Source: Macrostomum lignano
Taxonomy: Eukaryota
Direction of reading: 5' to 3'
Assembly (NCBI GenBank): GCA_002269645.1
Contig: NIVC01003317.1
Location: forward strand, 1 to 64,000
Length of the DNA stretch: 64,000 nt
Below, piece by piece: positions 62,875 to 64,000 of the stretch. The notes beneath the pieces were generated by a model, which did no database searches, had not been told where the DNA came from, and saw only the letters and a list, made by a program, of their open reading frames with translations. Each line of letters begins with the position of its first letter. The stretch's first letter is position 1. Both the position numbers and the translations under genes were made by a program.

Positions 62875-63748
62875 GAGCGATTGTTTTAAAACCAATGACT
62901 TTATCCATTGGATAAAAAATCGATAAAATAGAAATACGGCAAACCCTCTGCAAGCTGACGTCAGGTGTGGCACCCTCAAGATCGATGCACTGCTGAGATG
63001 CAATCTAAGATCCCATTTTTTAACGCCAGCACAAGATAGTAAAATATTTTGACGCGTGCCGATCGTTGAAATGAAAGTTAATAGACCGCCCATGTCGAGG
63101 CGGCGAGAGCGTGGCTGCTGGTCATTCAAAGTGGACTGGCCATCCTTGAACTGTTGGATTCATTTGTAAATAGCTTTTTTTCTTAATCCTTTTCTCACCA
63201 TGGATTGAGAAAAGATGATTAGCAATTTTGGCTCCACTCCATCCTGCAGACCACAGGGCGAAAACTTGACTCCGCTGACTCTCAAGGATGTAGAGAGGAA
63301 TCATCTTATAATCTTTAGCCGAAAGCAAGCATTTAGTATGGACTAAGCAAGCGCTGACACCACTAGATCTGACCAGCAATTTTACTGGTTCTAATTCCAA
63401 AAATTGATGACGGAAAAATGACACCACAGACATTCGAGATTGTCTAACACTGGTACAAGTTTTTTCGTTGCAAAATTATCTTTAGTTTGACACATAAAAC
63501 ATAAAAATTGGTCAAGGTACCGATCGGAGCTAGAGCAAACATTCCGGGAACTTTTGGGACACCCCTCGGTAGATTGGCTACGGAAGCTGGATTTGGCAAA
63601 AAAGTAACAAAAATTGGACCTGGGATAGCAGAGAACAGGCAAGGGGACAATTAGGGACTCCACTTCATGAGCTTAAGTTTACATAAAAGTCCCTGATTGT
63701 TTAAACTTGTTTAAGTCTACATGCTTGGGCGCAACCTACGGATTCACC

Positions 63749-64000
63749 CGGCCGTTCCTATTGGCAACACACACATGTAAGTCGCTATTGGCCAAGAGCA
63801 GTCCCGTGACTACTATTCCGTCCAAATAGCGACTTACATGTGTGTGTTGCCAATAGGAACGGCCGTTTCTATCCTTGGGAATCCCAAGGATTTTTTTTGG
63901 GATTTTTTTGGGAATTTTTTTGGGATATTCCCCTTGGGAATCCCAAGGCCGTTTTCAACCTTGGGAATCACTCGGCCGTTTCTATTGGCAACACACACAT
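63749..64000. mobile_element. Palindromic/foldback element running off the window edge
   Basis: 41 bp perfect inverted arms at 63749-63789 and 63825-63865; two CCTTGGGAATCCCAAGG palindromes; the arm sequence restarts at ~63974. Confidence 0.6.

Noticed and set aside
1-64000. Hammerhead ribozyme, spliced-leader RNA gene, rRNA or telomeric array
   Set aside because: The CTGA(T/A)GA hits I checked lacked the paired stems and GAAA core, and no SL, rRNA or (TTAGGG)n signature was seen by eye. An Infernal/Rfam scan would be decisive.

Overview
This is eukaryotic (metazoan) genomic DNA, not prokaryotic. GC-rich, intron-poor coding exons sit among AT-rich spacers, about 19 distinct minisatellite arrays, MITEs, Helitron ends, two LINE remnants and one young Ty3/Gypsy element. 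The style fits a free-living flatworm such as Macrostomum (inference only). Recognisable genes are PPEF/rdgC phosphatase (+, intronless, with single-base frameshifts), NDUFA10 (-, 4 exons), PDE12 (-, 5 exons), RASEF-type EF-hand Rab (-, 2 exons) and a TBATA/SPATIAL-family gene (+, 4 exons). Unrecognised genes are an MGCGAS-start protein, a His-rich protein with a novel W-containing repeat, and a secreted Tyr/Gly/Lys/Asp-repeat protein nested on the same strand in a TBATA intron. Most long ORFs in the supplied track are artefacts of tandem repeats, antisense frames or non-ATG starts. Best leads: the nested eggshell/adhesive-like protein; the novel repeat protein; 8 of 14 coding introns being filled by private minisatellites, several carrying splice-like or transcription-factor-like motifs (CCAAT at 32-33 bp period, TTTTGGCGC, a Pol III B-box); head-to-tail Helitron junctions; an (AAC)n-flanked LINE; and a crippled Gypsy with identical LTRs. 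All gene models and alignments were read by eye; no database search was possible.
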